Assembly (NCBI RefSeq): GCF_902459465.1
Contig: NC_047068.1
Location: forward strand, 1,984,001 to 2,048,000
From: Asterias rubens
Lineage: Eukaryota
DNA: 64,000 nucleotides
Direction: 5' to 3'
Positions 1-12,562 of this stretch are shown piece by piece (within the stretch, counting starts at the first letter, position 1; each line of letters starts with the position of its first letter). The notes beneath the pieces were generated by a model. It made no database searches. It saw nothing but the letters and a program-made list of their open reading frames with translations, and was not told the DNA's origin. Position numbers and translations under genes: made by a program.

Positions 1-169
1 TAATCAGTGATGGTGAGATTTTGATAACGTTTCTCTCTTTGTAAACTTGAACTAGCCTATTTATTGCTTATACAAAAATGTTTGTAATTAATTCTGTGTT
101 TTTAAAATGTAATGTTTTTTGTTTTTCTATAAGTATCAAATTTGAATCTTTTTAGTGCACACAGGGAAA

Positions 170-237
170 ACAATTTTCACTTTTTACTTGTAATCTGTGA
201 TGAAATAAATAAATTGAATTGAATTGAATTGAATTGA
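170..237 (+). mobile_element. Probable 3' tail of a LINE/SINE: AATAAA followed by (ATTGA)5
   Basis: aaataaataa at ~203-212 then attga x5 at 213-237, resembling a short-repeat retroposon tail. Confidence 0.4.
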
Positions 238-716
238 TATTTGTAGCCATCAGAACCCGCATCTTTGGAAAGGGAAGCCTTACAACTTTACCTCACCGGT
301 ACTGTATGCATGCCTATGCCAGTTGCAATCGGGGCCTACTTTCCTAGAATTAAAGAAGAAGTGGAAAAGTTCAGGCACAGCAATCGGTATGAAAGTCTAG
401 CCTGTGAATGTGGGCGTGAGTACCTCACTTCACCTCACCTCATGCAAAAGATGCGGTGTTTGCTGGTTCCCAACAGGCAACAACAATTTTAGACCCCGTG
501 CACTTTAAACGCACAACATCCGTGCACACCAAACGCGCCCATCCCGCCCGTCCCGTCCGTCCGCCACATGAGGCGGCCCACACTCAGCGCAGCCGCCGCC
601 CATGGTACGCATACGGGGGGGGGGGGGGGGCGCTGTGGCATTGGTGGACCCATAGCCGTATATTGGGCCTGGGGTGGACCTATCGGCAATGCGATCAATA
701 AATATTTCAACACCGG

Positions 717-895
717 TGTCCCAGGAAATTCTGTCCGCCGGCGGAGATTCGGTGCCCGTACGTGGACGCGCTTGAGGTGGATGGTTCAAAAGAGGGCGCT
801 ATCAAAAAAAGGTTTGTACACAGTTTGCCATTATGGGGATGGGGGGATCGACCGTCCGACGAATCTCCGGGGGCGACAGAATCTCATGTCACACA
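717..895. mobile_element. Small MITE-like element with imperfect terminal inverted repeats
   Basis: gtgt...attctgtc...cggagattc (717-752) is the imperfect reverse complement of gaatctccg...gacagaat...acac (860-895). Confidence 0.4.
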
Positions 896-1180
896 AAGTC
901 CTACTCGACCAAAGATAAATTAACAATTCAAACAATACAAAAATACACAACAAATAACTAAAAGTCCTTCAGTCATTCAATCATTCAAAGCGAAAACACA
1001 AAATGCACTGACATCTGAACTTCAGTTTTCTTTTCTGTTTTATGTGAGTGGTCCCCTACCTCGACATCGAGCGTGTCAGCAGCATAATGAAACATGAATT
1101 CCCTGTGATGATATTCCGTGGGCCGGCCGGGACGCTAGTTTCTGATTACTAAGTGTTACTTTTATGGTAACGTCCAAATT

Positions 1181-1691
1181 TTAAGGCACTGAACCTGCTT
1201 TTGCTCAACTTTGTTAGCATAAAACCTTACTTGGGACGATGGGAGCTGTTGGCAGTATAACACATTGTGAGAAACGGCTCCCTCTGAAGTAAAATAAGTA
1301 GGATTTGAAACTTTGCATGGTGGAAATACGATGGTTTGCGGTAACACCATGTAATGACTATCTCCAATGAGTTGGGGTGGTTCTGAAAAGAACTGTTGGT
1401 TTCAACTCGACGTTTCGATCAGTATGCTCTGATCGTCTTCTGGAAAAAAAAAAAAAGGGAATTTTTTTTTCCCCCTTAAAAACAAAAAAATATACATATA
1501 TATTTATTTTGTTTCTCTTTTTTTCTCTCCAGAAGACGATCAGAGCATACTGATCGAAACGTCGAGTTGAAACCAACGGTTCTTTTCAGAACCACCCCAA
1601 CTCATTAGAGATAGTCATTACATGGTGTTACCGCATCCCCTAAAATAATTATTTGAATTTGATTTCGAGACCTCAGAATTTGATTTTGAGG
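1181..1691 (+). mobile_element. MITE family A fragment, split by a Penelope-like insertion
   Basis: gttagcataaaaccttacttgg...gtgagaaacggctccctctgaagt (to 1290) and gaatttgatttcgagacctcag (1654-1691) match family A. Confidence 0.75.
1298..1640. mobile_element. Penelope-like non-autonomous retroelement (family PLE-a) with inverted arms and hammerhead-like motifs
   Basis: 108-bp inverted repeat 1337-1444/1528-1635 around an A/T spacer; 8-bp direct flank taaaataa (1290-1297, 1641-1648); CAGAAGA-C-GATCAG-AGCATA-CTGATC-GAAAC-GTC in each arm. Confidence 0.7.
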
Positions 1692-3343
1692 TTCATCCGA
1701 TTTGATTCACTTGTGTTCTGCGCATTTATACACCAAGTGAGGGCCGTGTGATTACCGAAGGGTGCTCTTGGGTAGAAATGCCTACAGGACCCCCCCCCCC
1801 CCCCCCCCGAAGACACCTCGAAGAAAGGGGTGGTAATTTACGGAGGCACTGCCATCTGAGTCAGAAACAATGGTGCAAATCTTCTTACACAAAACTATAA
1901 ACAAACGGCCGAAATGACCTGGGAATGGGGACATGACCTGAGCGGGGACACAACCTAGTATATGCCCGTACTCTCATCAACGGGTTAGCACACGTACCGC
2001 CGTTCAATCCCCCCCCCCCCCCACAATCTGACAAAAAACTTTAGGGGAAACTGCCGGGGGTCCAGCCGAAGGGGGTGTGGCTGTCTGACAATGGACTTCC
2101 CCATGGCAGCAAAGCATAACGTATTCTGCCACATTCCTGGATTCCTACCTTCATTTGCATAATCTTACTTACTTGACTAACGAACTGTCTAGCAATGTAA
2201 GTTTTTTTTTGTATGGTTCTTTTTCTCATCTGTTCAACAACGGAAACGAGCGCCACACCACACACACCACATCAACTCCACATTGCAAAAACCTCAATGC
2301 AGTGACATCATCGACTTAGACATCCGGGAACTTGACATGGCGGCGATGTAGGAAGTGCACTGTCTCGTCTGCAAACTTCAAGAAATCATCTGCATGGTGG
2401 GAGTTAAGAGGTACGTAGTTCTCTTTAATTAAGTGCATTTTGAGTGTGTAAATAATATTTTCATGTGAAAGAAAGGGATATGTATGTGACTGATGTTACC
2501 AACTGTTCAATATCCACTGTTGACGCCGCCGTCCGACATTGAACTCTCTGGGTCTGGGCTGGGGATGGGTGGAACTTGCCTTGGGTTGGGCTTAAAATGT
2601 CCGGCCGTGTAGGACGGTGAAGAAGGCTGGGCTGGGACTGGCTGGTGTAAACCACTTTAAACAGTACATACAGAAATAAAACTTCGAAAAGCACGACCAG
2701 CTAAAACTGATTGCCACTTTTATCTCCCTTAATTTAGCTCATAATATAGCTCCATGCTCAAACTAACAAACTAAATTCCTAAAAAAATATAAACATTCTG
2801 TTCAGTTCAGCAGACACTCACACTCACAGTCACACTGTCACTGTTTCAGAAAGGTTGAAAGCATGTGTTTACTTATTTTGAATAATGGGCAAGACTATAC
2901 CATATTATATATTATACCAAGTCAATGATCAAAATCAGGAAAAATAAAAAATGAACCACAAATTCATGTTTTATCTACCAATTTGTCAAGAGGAACAAAA
3001 TCAAAGTCCACCATCTATCCTAAATAAAATACAAATTGTAGGCCTACTCTTAGTTACAAAGCAAAGTGGCAATCAGATTTGAAAATGTTTCTTTTTTTAA
3101 ATGAAAATTATAAATTAAATTTATCCTTCCTCCATGGTCTGCTGAGTCATGTGTGTGAGTGAACTGAAAAAAAAGAGATTGTTTATAGTTTCTTCATAAA
3201 GAAAGGCAATTTTTTTTTACAAATTTGAGGTTGACGTGGTATTTTGTCCATAATTTGTTATTTGTGCTGTCTGGACAACTCGCTTCCTCCATGCTACATC
3301 TAGAACATAGTACGTCGTAGTACGTTATGGTATATAAGTACCG

Positions 3344-3457
3344 GGCCCAATTTCAGTGCTCTGCTTGCCGTATGCACAGAATTCCCCGCTTCCATAAGCA
3401 CCGATTCTGTGCTTAAGCAGTTACGGCACGGTAAGCAGAGCCATGAAATTGGGCCCA
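3344..3457. mobile_element. MITE family B (PIF/Harbinger-like)
   Basis: TIRs gggcccaatttca..gctctgctt.ccgt / acggtaagcagagccatgaaattgggccc; related ends at 5482, 32155 and 33120-33141. Confidence 0.75.
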
Positions 3458-3518
3458 GAACCCAAATGCCCCCAAATCATAAATGATATTATGTTAACAC
3501 TGAGGTTACTTGAGTTGT

Positions 3519-4176
3519 CTGGTCCAACACGTACAATTTCGACAGCTAATCACCGATTTTCCCCATTTTTACCACTTTCAAAAATCATGACACAAATTCT
3601 GAGGGTACGAACTTAATCCGCAATGTCTAATGCAGCCTGCCATAATACTCAAAACACCATTTAGGAAATATTTCGAAGAAAAATTGACAAAAACTTACCA
3701 GATCCTGGAGCGAATTCCCAGGTTCATATTTTGAACCTGTCGCATCGCTTTGCAAACGCATTATTTTGTTGTTAGGCTAAACCATTCTGTAAAAGGGTTG
3801 TTACAATGTTGCAGTGCGTGTGCGCGCTGTCAGTTTGCATTGCACGTCGTTAGCATAATGGCGCGCACGCACTGTAGCACTGCAACGTTGTAACACCCCT
3901 TTTACAGAATGGTTTAGCCCAACAACAAAATAATGCGTTTGCAAAGCGATGCGACAGGTTCAAAATATGAACCTGGGAATTCGCTCTGGGATCTGGTAAG
4001 TTTTTGTCCATTTTTCTTCGAAGTATTTCCTAAATGGTTAATTGAGTATTATGGCAGGCTGCAATAGACATTGCGGATTAAGTTCGTATCTTCAGAATTT
4101 GTTTCATGATTTTTGAAAGTGGTAAAAATGGGGAAAATCTGGTGACTAGCTGTCGAAATTGTACGTGTTGGACCAG
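3519..4176. mobile_element. Fold-back (long palindromic) element with ~300-bp arms
   Basis: 3519-3817 is the near-perfect reverse complement of 3877-4176 (roughly 90% by eye), with a CpG-rich centre. Confidence 0.9.
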
Positions 4177-5792
4177 ATCAACCGTTTTCACTCAAACCTA
4201 TCTCGTAACTCTCCGGCCTGGCGGCCGTCGGGAGGAGGGTTACGTTATCGCAACTATTGTAGATGAAGATTTTCATTATTCAAGCCTACGGGTTACCACT
4301 GGTTACTGCAGTGCAAGAAACTTTTGATGAGGATTCTGGGATTTCATTTCCCAGAAAGAATAATAAAGTTCAGTGTTCTGTTCAGGTTCAGAACCTGGGA
4401 ACCAGTATCCAGTGTCCACACATGAGTAAACAATAGCAAGATAACCGGGTACCCAACGTATGCTAAATATGTGGCTGATATGACATGTGAATGTGCATGA
4501 GCTAGCATTAAACCAAATTTGTTTATCCACAATAAAAGGATTGCATGTGACCAATGTGACCTCATGTGAAGTACTACTATGCCAAGGTATTACTAAACAC
4601 ACATTGATAAGTAGTGAAGTCTCAGGCCTGCCTCATTCATTTCACAGTGCATACACCTTGTTGTAGGTTATGTAATGTACTATTCCATGTGATCGTTGTC
4701 GTTAATCATACACGCCTGTATAATGCCAAAATGGCATGTCATGTTCATGGTTGTGTCATGTTAACCATGGTTGTGTCATGTTTACCTACTAGGTTGAAAA
4801 AACACACATCATCCTGAATGCACTTAATAGCGTCTCAAAATAATTTTTGTTGGTAATGTAAGTCTAAACACAGGAACTAATTAATTATTTTGTTTGTCAT
4901 GTTGAATGATAATAATTACTCTTAAACCATTTGATGGACCTTTAATTAAAAGAAAGAATGGAAATAGAACCATACCCCCTTGATCAGTTTGACTCATTGA
5001 AGAAGTCATGTTAAATTACAGGGGAAGGAATTACAAACAACATGTAATCCGAGGGTGAGACTGAGCCATAAGGAATTTAGCATTGTTATTATAATGCAAT
5101 GCAAGGTCTGAGGATAATCCTTTCTGAGTACATTTAGTTTATAAGTCAAACTCTAACTGCACTACATGTAGCTATAGTCATGATGGTTTGCGTTGGTGTG
5201 AGGCATATTAGATCTTAAGACCGGTCTGTAGAGCTTATCTATGTACAGTCAATTTTTAATAATAACAACAATAATAATAATGATACCGGGTTATAAAGCC
5301 CTTTTCCGAAGTATATTAGGCAAAATATCAAATATCAAAGGGGAAAATGCAACCTAAAACCGTTAATAACATTTGAACATTTCTCAACTGAATTTGAAAT
5401 TCTATTGGCACCAAAGCAGTTATGACCAATGCAGCCTATTAAAAACTAACAATTTGGATAATACCATGTTCAGATAGCCATGGGCCCAATTTCATGGCTC
5501 TGCTCACCATGAGCAAGAATCAGTGCTTGTTCTGTAAGCGGGGAATTCCACTCCGATGTCAAGTATACATTTCACTGCGTGTTAGCAGGGAATTTTTGCT
5601 TGTGAACAAGTTCATACTCAACATACTTTTAGAAGCATTCTTCACCTACAAAGTATGGTAGCGCAGAAATTCAGTAAGCGAGGAATGGTGATCATAATTG
5701 CAATCTCCGAACATAACGATACATTTAGGGACGCTGAAAACAACAAAACATATCACATACGCATAGTGATTGTGCACTATGCAGGATGCACA

Positions 5793-5942
5793 CAATGGGA
5801 GACTTTGAGGCGCTAGGTGGCAGCAGACTTACCAGGTAAATTTCCATTGTTTACGTAGTTCTGAGCATGCGCACATTACCGAGAACAATGGATTTTACCT
5901 GGTAAGTCTGCTGCCACCAAGCGTTGCAAATGTCCCCCATTG
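5793..5942. mobile_element. Palindromic MITE with ~48-bp arms
   Basis: caatggg...ggtggcagcagacttaccaggtaaa / tttacctggtaagtctgctgccacc...cccattg. Confidence 0.8.
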
Positions 5943-7019
5943 CATTGTTATTTTGTTGCAAAATATTTTGGGTAGCCTAATGTGTACACAGACACTATGC
6001 GTTCTCAATGTGGTTGCTGGTCCCAGAAAGTGTAATAATATGCAAAAGACTTACACAGTCTAGATTATCAATATTGAGTACAGTCAGATCAATACAAAAC
6101 TCATCATGATTAGACAACCAGGTAGTACTGCATGCCTTGTTACAACTTTCCAGGTCACACAGGACACTTAGTATTTCTATACACAGTAGAACAAAAGTAC
6201 ACATTGTATAAAATTTAATAATTAACTTTCTGTGAAATTTTAAGATTGTTTTCAACTCCTCTAAAAACTTGAGAATATATAATTTGTTATTGCGTACATA
6301 TGGTTCATAGGCAAAACAAGGAGCAGTTTCTCATGGGACTTCCAAAAAGGTTGAGGCACACACACACACGTCAACCTGTAATCTAGCCGCAACCCCTTGG
6401 AGTCTATACAGGCAATTTACGCTCAAATCCCTAGAAATGTGTGGAACCCCGGGTGTTTCTGTTTTTCCCTTCTCTGGCTGAGTCCAGAGTAGGTGTCTAC
6501 ATACATGCCTATTTTGATGTCTTTTTTTTTTTAAGTCGAAAAGGTGATGCTGTTTGCAGGGTTCAAATTTGGGGGAAATTATTCTCAATACTGAAGGGCT
6601 TTTTACTGAACCAGAATTTATTTTACAAGATCAATAAGTTGAAACAATAACATGGGGCTACATTTATTGAACAACTGCTAATATGTAAGAGAAAATCTAT
6701 CTCATTTGTATCTTCGATACTCAACAGAATTGAAAGATTTAGAAACAAATTTTACAAAGATATTGCAAATTGAGTTAGCTTATTATTATTCAATGAAAAA
6801 CCCAAGAGCACTAGATTTGCCTGGCGGTGAGTTTACTAGTCCAATGCTTAAAATCCTTGGCCTGAAGCCCTGGTTTCGAGCCCATTTCTGATTGCGAAAC
6901 ATAAATTGAGTACTCTGATTGTTGAATTCTTACCATACTTTTGGAAAGTCCTTTGAATAAAACATGTAGTATTTTAATGCCTATAATTCATTACTCTTTG
7001 TTTGTTTTTGCATTTTTAG

Positions 7020-7118
7020 GTTCTATGTTTCTTGATGGAAATGAACAAGCATCGAATTGTTTCATTTTGAACACATACGCTTGAATTGCGTATCAAACCT
7101 GTTGACTTCTAAGTCTAT
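7020..7118 (+). other. Candidate non-coding (5' UTR) exon
   Basis: Strong acceptor ctctttgtttgtttttgcatttttag and donor AT|GTAAGT; stops in all three frames. Confidence 0.45.
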
Positions 7119-8822
7119 GTAAGTATGACAGAGATACCAACATACACGATTTGGGCGTAGCAAATACGATTTCGAGCCGTGACTGCGACGCTACGATAAT
7201 ACTCAATAAAACACGCTAAACAAGCCGCCCAATATAATTTTATTAAATTGTACAATACATGCAAACAACGAATGAACTATTAAGTGGAAATAAAAATTAA
7301 GAAAAATATCCAAATAATTGTAACAGAAAAGAAAAAACACTTTTAATTTTAGAACGCAGTGTTGAATAATAGCGGCGAATTCACTCGAACAATGTACGTG
7401 TCTCGACGTAATGATTGTTGCGTGCCCTCTGATCCCCCGCTGGCTGGCCGGATGAGTATTTTTACGCTAGTGCATTGCTGCAAGATCGTACCCATTGGTC
7501 TCTATTACACCATGAGGAATAGTGCACACATGCGTGGGGAATGAGGTTGTGTGTGAGCTAACGTGTCACAGTAACCAGAACCTCATTCCTCATGTATCCA
7601 CTATTATTGTGCCCACGCTGTCTGTACATGTACTTCATCGAAGCTTGGCAAAAAAAGTAAGAAATAATGGCGACAAAAAAGGAGACCTTCTGAACAAAAA
7701 TACCTTCAACTGAGTGGCCTGTGAGATCTAAGCTAGACAGCTTCCATGTTTTCTTACTAGTAATTGTAGCGCCGATGTCCAGACAATGCCCAAAATACGG
7801 ACACGTATTTTTTGCCCAAAATCCGGACACGTTTTTGGTTTTTTTCTTATTTTTTTCCCCTCTCTCCCAATAGCTTGTTGTTGCATTTCTGACCATTAAA
7901 ACAAAAACATTTAAGTAAGGCCACCCTTTGTTATGTGTTTTTTTTAAACAAAGTCAGAAGATGTTTTTTTTTTCACTGGCCATTATAAACATTTGTTGTA
8001 GCTGTTCTGGTGGTGCATACAGGTAATTGTTATTTCACGACAATGCCTGAAAATGAGCTAATTAGCATTGTAGAGAGTAATAGAAAGATCGGTTTAGGGA
8101 GCCCAAGCCACGCTCGCCCTTAACTTTTGGGAGATGCTACTCTTTTTTAAAATTCAATGTTGGCATTCTGGTATGAAAGTTATGTTTTAAAAATAAAAGT
8201 CTTCAACATTTTATTTTTTATAATGGTTCATAACACTTAAAGTATGATCAAATGTTGCTTTTAGATGGGTATCTTTTCAGTCATTGGAATACAACCTTTA
8301 CAAAATCTGAAAAATGGATCACATTCTTGCCCCTTTTCGGGGTCAGGGAGGGCGACTCCCTCCCTGACCTGGTAGGGGAGGGGATGGAAATGGAGGACAG
8401 TGGGGGATATGGTTTATAAGGATAGAGGTTGTTGTGGTTGTTTGACTTCATATTTAAGAGGCAGACTATGTCAATGCTGATAAAATGTCAAACGTGTTTA
8501 CCGCCACTGGAGGGACTTAATAGCAATGTGCAAAAAAGTTATGAAAATCATTAACCATAAAAAAGTGACATTTCATAATTGTTGCATTCACCGTAAAGGG
8601 CACAATGGCCTATAGGTGAAAGGGCACAACAGAACTGGCCACAATGGGGTTATTTCTCCATGGGTACAACATGCCCAGGGCATGAATGGCACTAGCTGAT
8701 ATGGCTTCTGTGTAATTCCATTTCTACAAACAAATTGAAGCTTGTCTGTTTGGTACATGTACCAACATCCTGATCAGGTAGGATTTCACTTTGACTTCCT
8801 CATGTTTTTGTTATTTTTACAG

Positions 8823-8900
8823 GTTGGAAAGTGGAATGATATATAGAAGTCAACCCTAATCTGCATTGGGAGAGTCTGCGGCTTTACATTGCATCAAAAT
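8823..8900 (+). other. Candidate non-coding (5' UTR) exon
   Basis: Acceptor catgtttttgttatttttacag and donor AT|GTAAGG; all frames closed. Confidence 0.45.
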
Positions 8901-9375
8901 GTAAGGAAAGTATATTATAATTTGACCTAAATATACAAATTATGACACTGTCTTGTGAGAGGTTTTCACTTACAATTTGTTCTGATTGTTCTGATTGTGA
9001 AGATGAGTGAAACTTCACCATAAGGCTAGCAGTGATATGGCATGCACTGATTTATGTTGCAGGGATGTCTCTAAGAATGGCTTTGAATGGTAGTACATAC
9101 ATGTACATTATAATACCAATTATGTGGATAAAGTCTGTACATGTGTCATAGTGTTTGTTTTTTGCATGCACTGTTTAATCTGTGACAGTTTTAACCATGA
9201 TGATGTGAACAAATTGTGAAATGTTTGATGAATTTAGGCTCACAATGGATCATTGACATTGTTCCAAAGGACAGCAGCTGTACATAAATTGACATCATTT
9301 AAAAAGTTGCTGTAAACAAGTACACATAGTCCATGGGCATATGTAGCAAATTGAACATACTTGTTAATTCATTTT

Positions 9376-9553
9376 GGTTTCACCCATATACATCGATGTG
9401 TGTTAGCTCAGAACTTTCATGAGTTCTGTTACGAAAATCATCGGCATATTATTCAGGTGGGATTCGAACCCACGACATTTGCAATTCTAAAGCAGTGTCA
9501 TGCCAACTAGTAGACCACCGAGATTGCCCAGTAGATAGAGGCAGTTTGAATCC
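9376..9553 (-). mobile_element. tRNA-derived SINE (family D)
   Basis: Minus strand carries B-box GGTTCGAATCCC in a tRNA-like head; closely related copy at 35412-35572. Confidence 0.7.
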
Positions 9554-9639
9554 ATAATGAATATTCTTTATCACTGATGCAAATTAAACATCTATTAAAT
9601 CGTTGCAGTACCCACTGATAAAACATTGGATTGATACCT

Positions 9640-10591
9640 GTCTGATAACCAGTTGTTGGGATTAGATCGGATAATCAGCCAGTGATGGGGGATAAGGTCT
9701 GATAACTGGCGGTGTGGATTATCTTAGGTCTGATAACCAGTGATGGGGATGAGGTCTTATAACTGGCGGTTGGGATGAGGTCTGGTAACCAGTGATGGAG
9801 ATAAGGTCTGATAACCAGTGATGAGGATTAGGTCTGATAACCAGTGATTGGGATTAGGTCTGATAACCAGTGATGGGGATAAGGTCTGATAACCAGTGAT
9901 GGGGATTACGTCTGATAACCAGTGATTGGGATTAGGTCTGATAACCAGTGATGGGGATTAGGTCTGATAACCAGTGATGGGGATTAGGTCTGATAACCAG
10001 TGATGGGGATTAGGTCTGATAACCAGTGATGGGGATAAGGTCTGATAACCAGTGATAGGGATTAGGTCTGATAACCAGTGATTGGGATTAGGTCTGATAA
10101 CCAGTGATTGGGGTTAGGTCTGATAACCAGTGATTGGGATAAGGTCTGATAACCAGTAATGGGGATTAGGTCTGATAACCAGTGATTGGGATTAGGTCTG
10201 ATAACCAGTGATTGGGGTTAGGTCTGATAACCAGTGATTAAGATTAGGTCTGATTTATAACCAGTGATGGGAATTAGGTCTGATAACCAGTGATTGGGAT
10301 TAGGTCTGATAACCAGTGATTGGGGTTAGGTCTGATAAGCAGTGATTGGGGTTAGGTCTGATAACCAGTGATGGGGATTAGTTCTGATAACCAGTGATTG
10401 GGGTTAGGTCTGATAACCAGTGATTGGGGTTAGGTCTGATAACCAGTGATTGGGGTTAGGTCTGATAACCAGTGATTGAGATTAGGTCTGATTTATAACC
10501 AGTTTTGGGGATTAGGTCTTATAACTGGAGAAGTGGATTATGTCTGATAACCAGTGATGGGGACTTGTTGGGGGGGATTAGGTCTGATAAC
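9640..10591. repeat. 26-bp minisatellite (GGTCTGATAACCAGTGATGGGGATTA), about 36 units
   Basis: Directly visible head-to-tail units with degenerate edges and no unique spacers. Confidence 0.97.
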
Positions 10592-10999
10592 AATTGGCCA
10601 ATGCTACTAAAAGCTGGCTTCGGACTTCACTTTGCTTTATAACTCCAACCCTGCCAACAGTTAAACCAAATCTAATGCTGTCATATTGTTCTTCCCGTTT
10701 CCTATTCATCCTGTTATTGACTAATTGTGCTGTAAAATGTAATAGGCTTAACCCTTAAAATAATGTCAAACTAGGAAACAAGTTGCAAGGGGTATGCAGG
10801 GTTTACTCCTGACGCATCACCAATTTAAAATGTTGACAGTTTTAGTGAAAAACAGTTTAAAACTCTTCCATCAGACAATATCATGGCAAATCCAAACTTG
10901 TTGTTTATGTATTACAAGATTATGACTGACCAATTACTTACAGTGTACAGCTAATCAATATGGTTGATATTAGATATTTTATTAAGTGCCTGGAGGGCA

Positions 11000-11494
11000 T
11001 GAAAGGCACTGAACACCTTAAACAATTGTCAAAAACCAGTTTCTTAACTTTTATATGCACAAAATAACACACTTGTGAAAATTTGAACTCAATTGGTCGT
11101 TGAAATTGCGAGAGAATAAAGCAAGACAAAATACCCTTGTCGTACAAAATGTGTGATTTCGGATGCTTGAATTTGAGACCTCAGCTGAGGTCTCAAATTC
11201 AATTCAAATGTTTTAGTGAGAAATTACATCTTTCTCAAAAACTACATTACTTCAGAGGGAGCAAATTCTCACAATGTTGTATACTATCGACAGCTTCTCC
11301 ATAAGCCTTTTTGAGGTACTGCAGGCGTGATAGGAGTGTAATGTTTGGGAGTATACCCACAAATTTACCACAAACCTTATTAGTGTTGTAGCATTGTGCC
11401 CGCCATATCTCAAAAACGCTTATTGGCCGTTACCAAATAAGTTTTTATGGTTACAATTAATTTAAGTAATTACCAATAGTGTCCGGTGCCTGTA
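11000..11494 (-). mobile_element. MITE family A, diverged copy with a nested ~120-bp element (11302-11422)
   Basis: Family A termini and body; insert bounded by taagccttttgaggta / tatctcaaaaacgctta inverted ends. Confidence 0.8.
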
Positions 11495-11804
11495 TTAGCA
11501 TTATGGCATGACTGCGATGGACATACCTATGTTCATTCACATAGAACAAGATATGTTCCCATTATGCATGCCATGCTTTCAGCAATCAGGGAAACAAACT
11601 AGAAGTTTTAGAGAAGACGGTACAATGTAGGTCAGAGAGAAATAAAGTTTGACAGAAACTCTGAACTGAAGTTTGAAAGCTCCATAATTATAAGGATTTG
11701 GGCAAATGCTGGAATAATATCCTGGTTGGAAAGAAAAGTATTCTGGGATTTCTGAAAAATACTGCAAAACAGGAAGGAGGGGAGTACGGGAGGAAGCAGT
11801 ACAG

Positions 11805-11995
11805 TACATATATACATACATACATACATACATACATACATACATACATACATACATACATACAACTAAATATTTATAAAGCACCTTTACATCAAGATCA
11901 AAGCGCTGGAAAGAGCAAGACCAATGGAACTATAAATACAACAAATTACATCTAATACAAGTGAGTTTTGAGAGATTTTTTGAATAAATACTGGG
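11805..11995 (-). mobile_element. L2/CR1-type LINE 3' end with (TGTA)n tail; plus strand shows a (TACA)n microsatellite at 11813-11863
   Basis: Minus strand encodes FKKSLKTHL (L2-like C-terminal motif), then cagcgctttg...gtgctttataaat and the microsatellite tail. Confidence 0.7.
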
Positions 11996-12562
11996 AGGTT
12001 GTTTGTACTATGATTTCCTATGTTCTTCTAAAACATGATAATGTATGGACTTTAAAGGCACTGGACACTTTATAATGGCTCAGGAATATCTTCTATCCAG
12101 ACTAGCTAACTTATGTATGTATGCCATACTGTCATTGCTTAACCATCTTGTTTTAGTAACCATGACTATGCGAATACTGATCAATGATCTGTCTCTTATG
12201 TTTTTAACCTTGTGATATGTTGGTACTACACCGATTGGATTACTTACAGTATGCAGTAACATACAGACAGTTTATCAGTAGTTACTTCAGGCATGTCAGT
12301 CAGTTGAGAACATTGTGGATTAGAAAAGCAATGAATAGAGATGGATTATGTGTTCATTCTACATTGGACGAATACTGCCTTGGTAATGAGGATGATGATG
12401 ATGATGATAATGAATTGAGACAACTTTACATTAATGTCGCATGGTACATACAATCAAACTGTTTATGATAACTTTTGGCTCACGATACTTTGGCGAGTCT
12501 ATTAGTGGTATCGTGCACATTTACTAGACGAAGCACTAGTTCATTTGTTTCCTCTTTTCTCC

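Noticed and set aside
568-918. Gly-rich 116-aa ORF
   Set aside because: The Gly tract derives from a G homopolymer and the ORF runs across a MITE; no recognisable domain.
9640-10591. CRISPR array
   Set aside because: Units are contiguous with no unique spacers; no cas genes; eukaryotic context.
11579-11955. ORFs with MYVC/HTYI repeats
   Set aside because: These are translations of the (TACA)n microsatellite.
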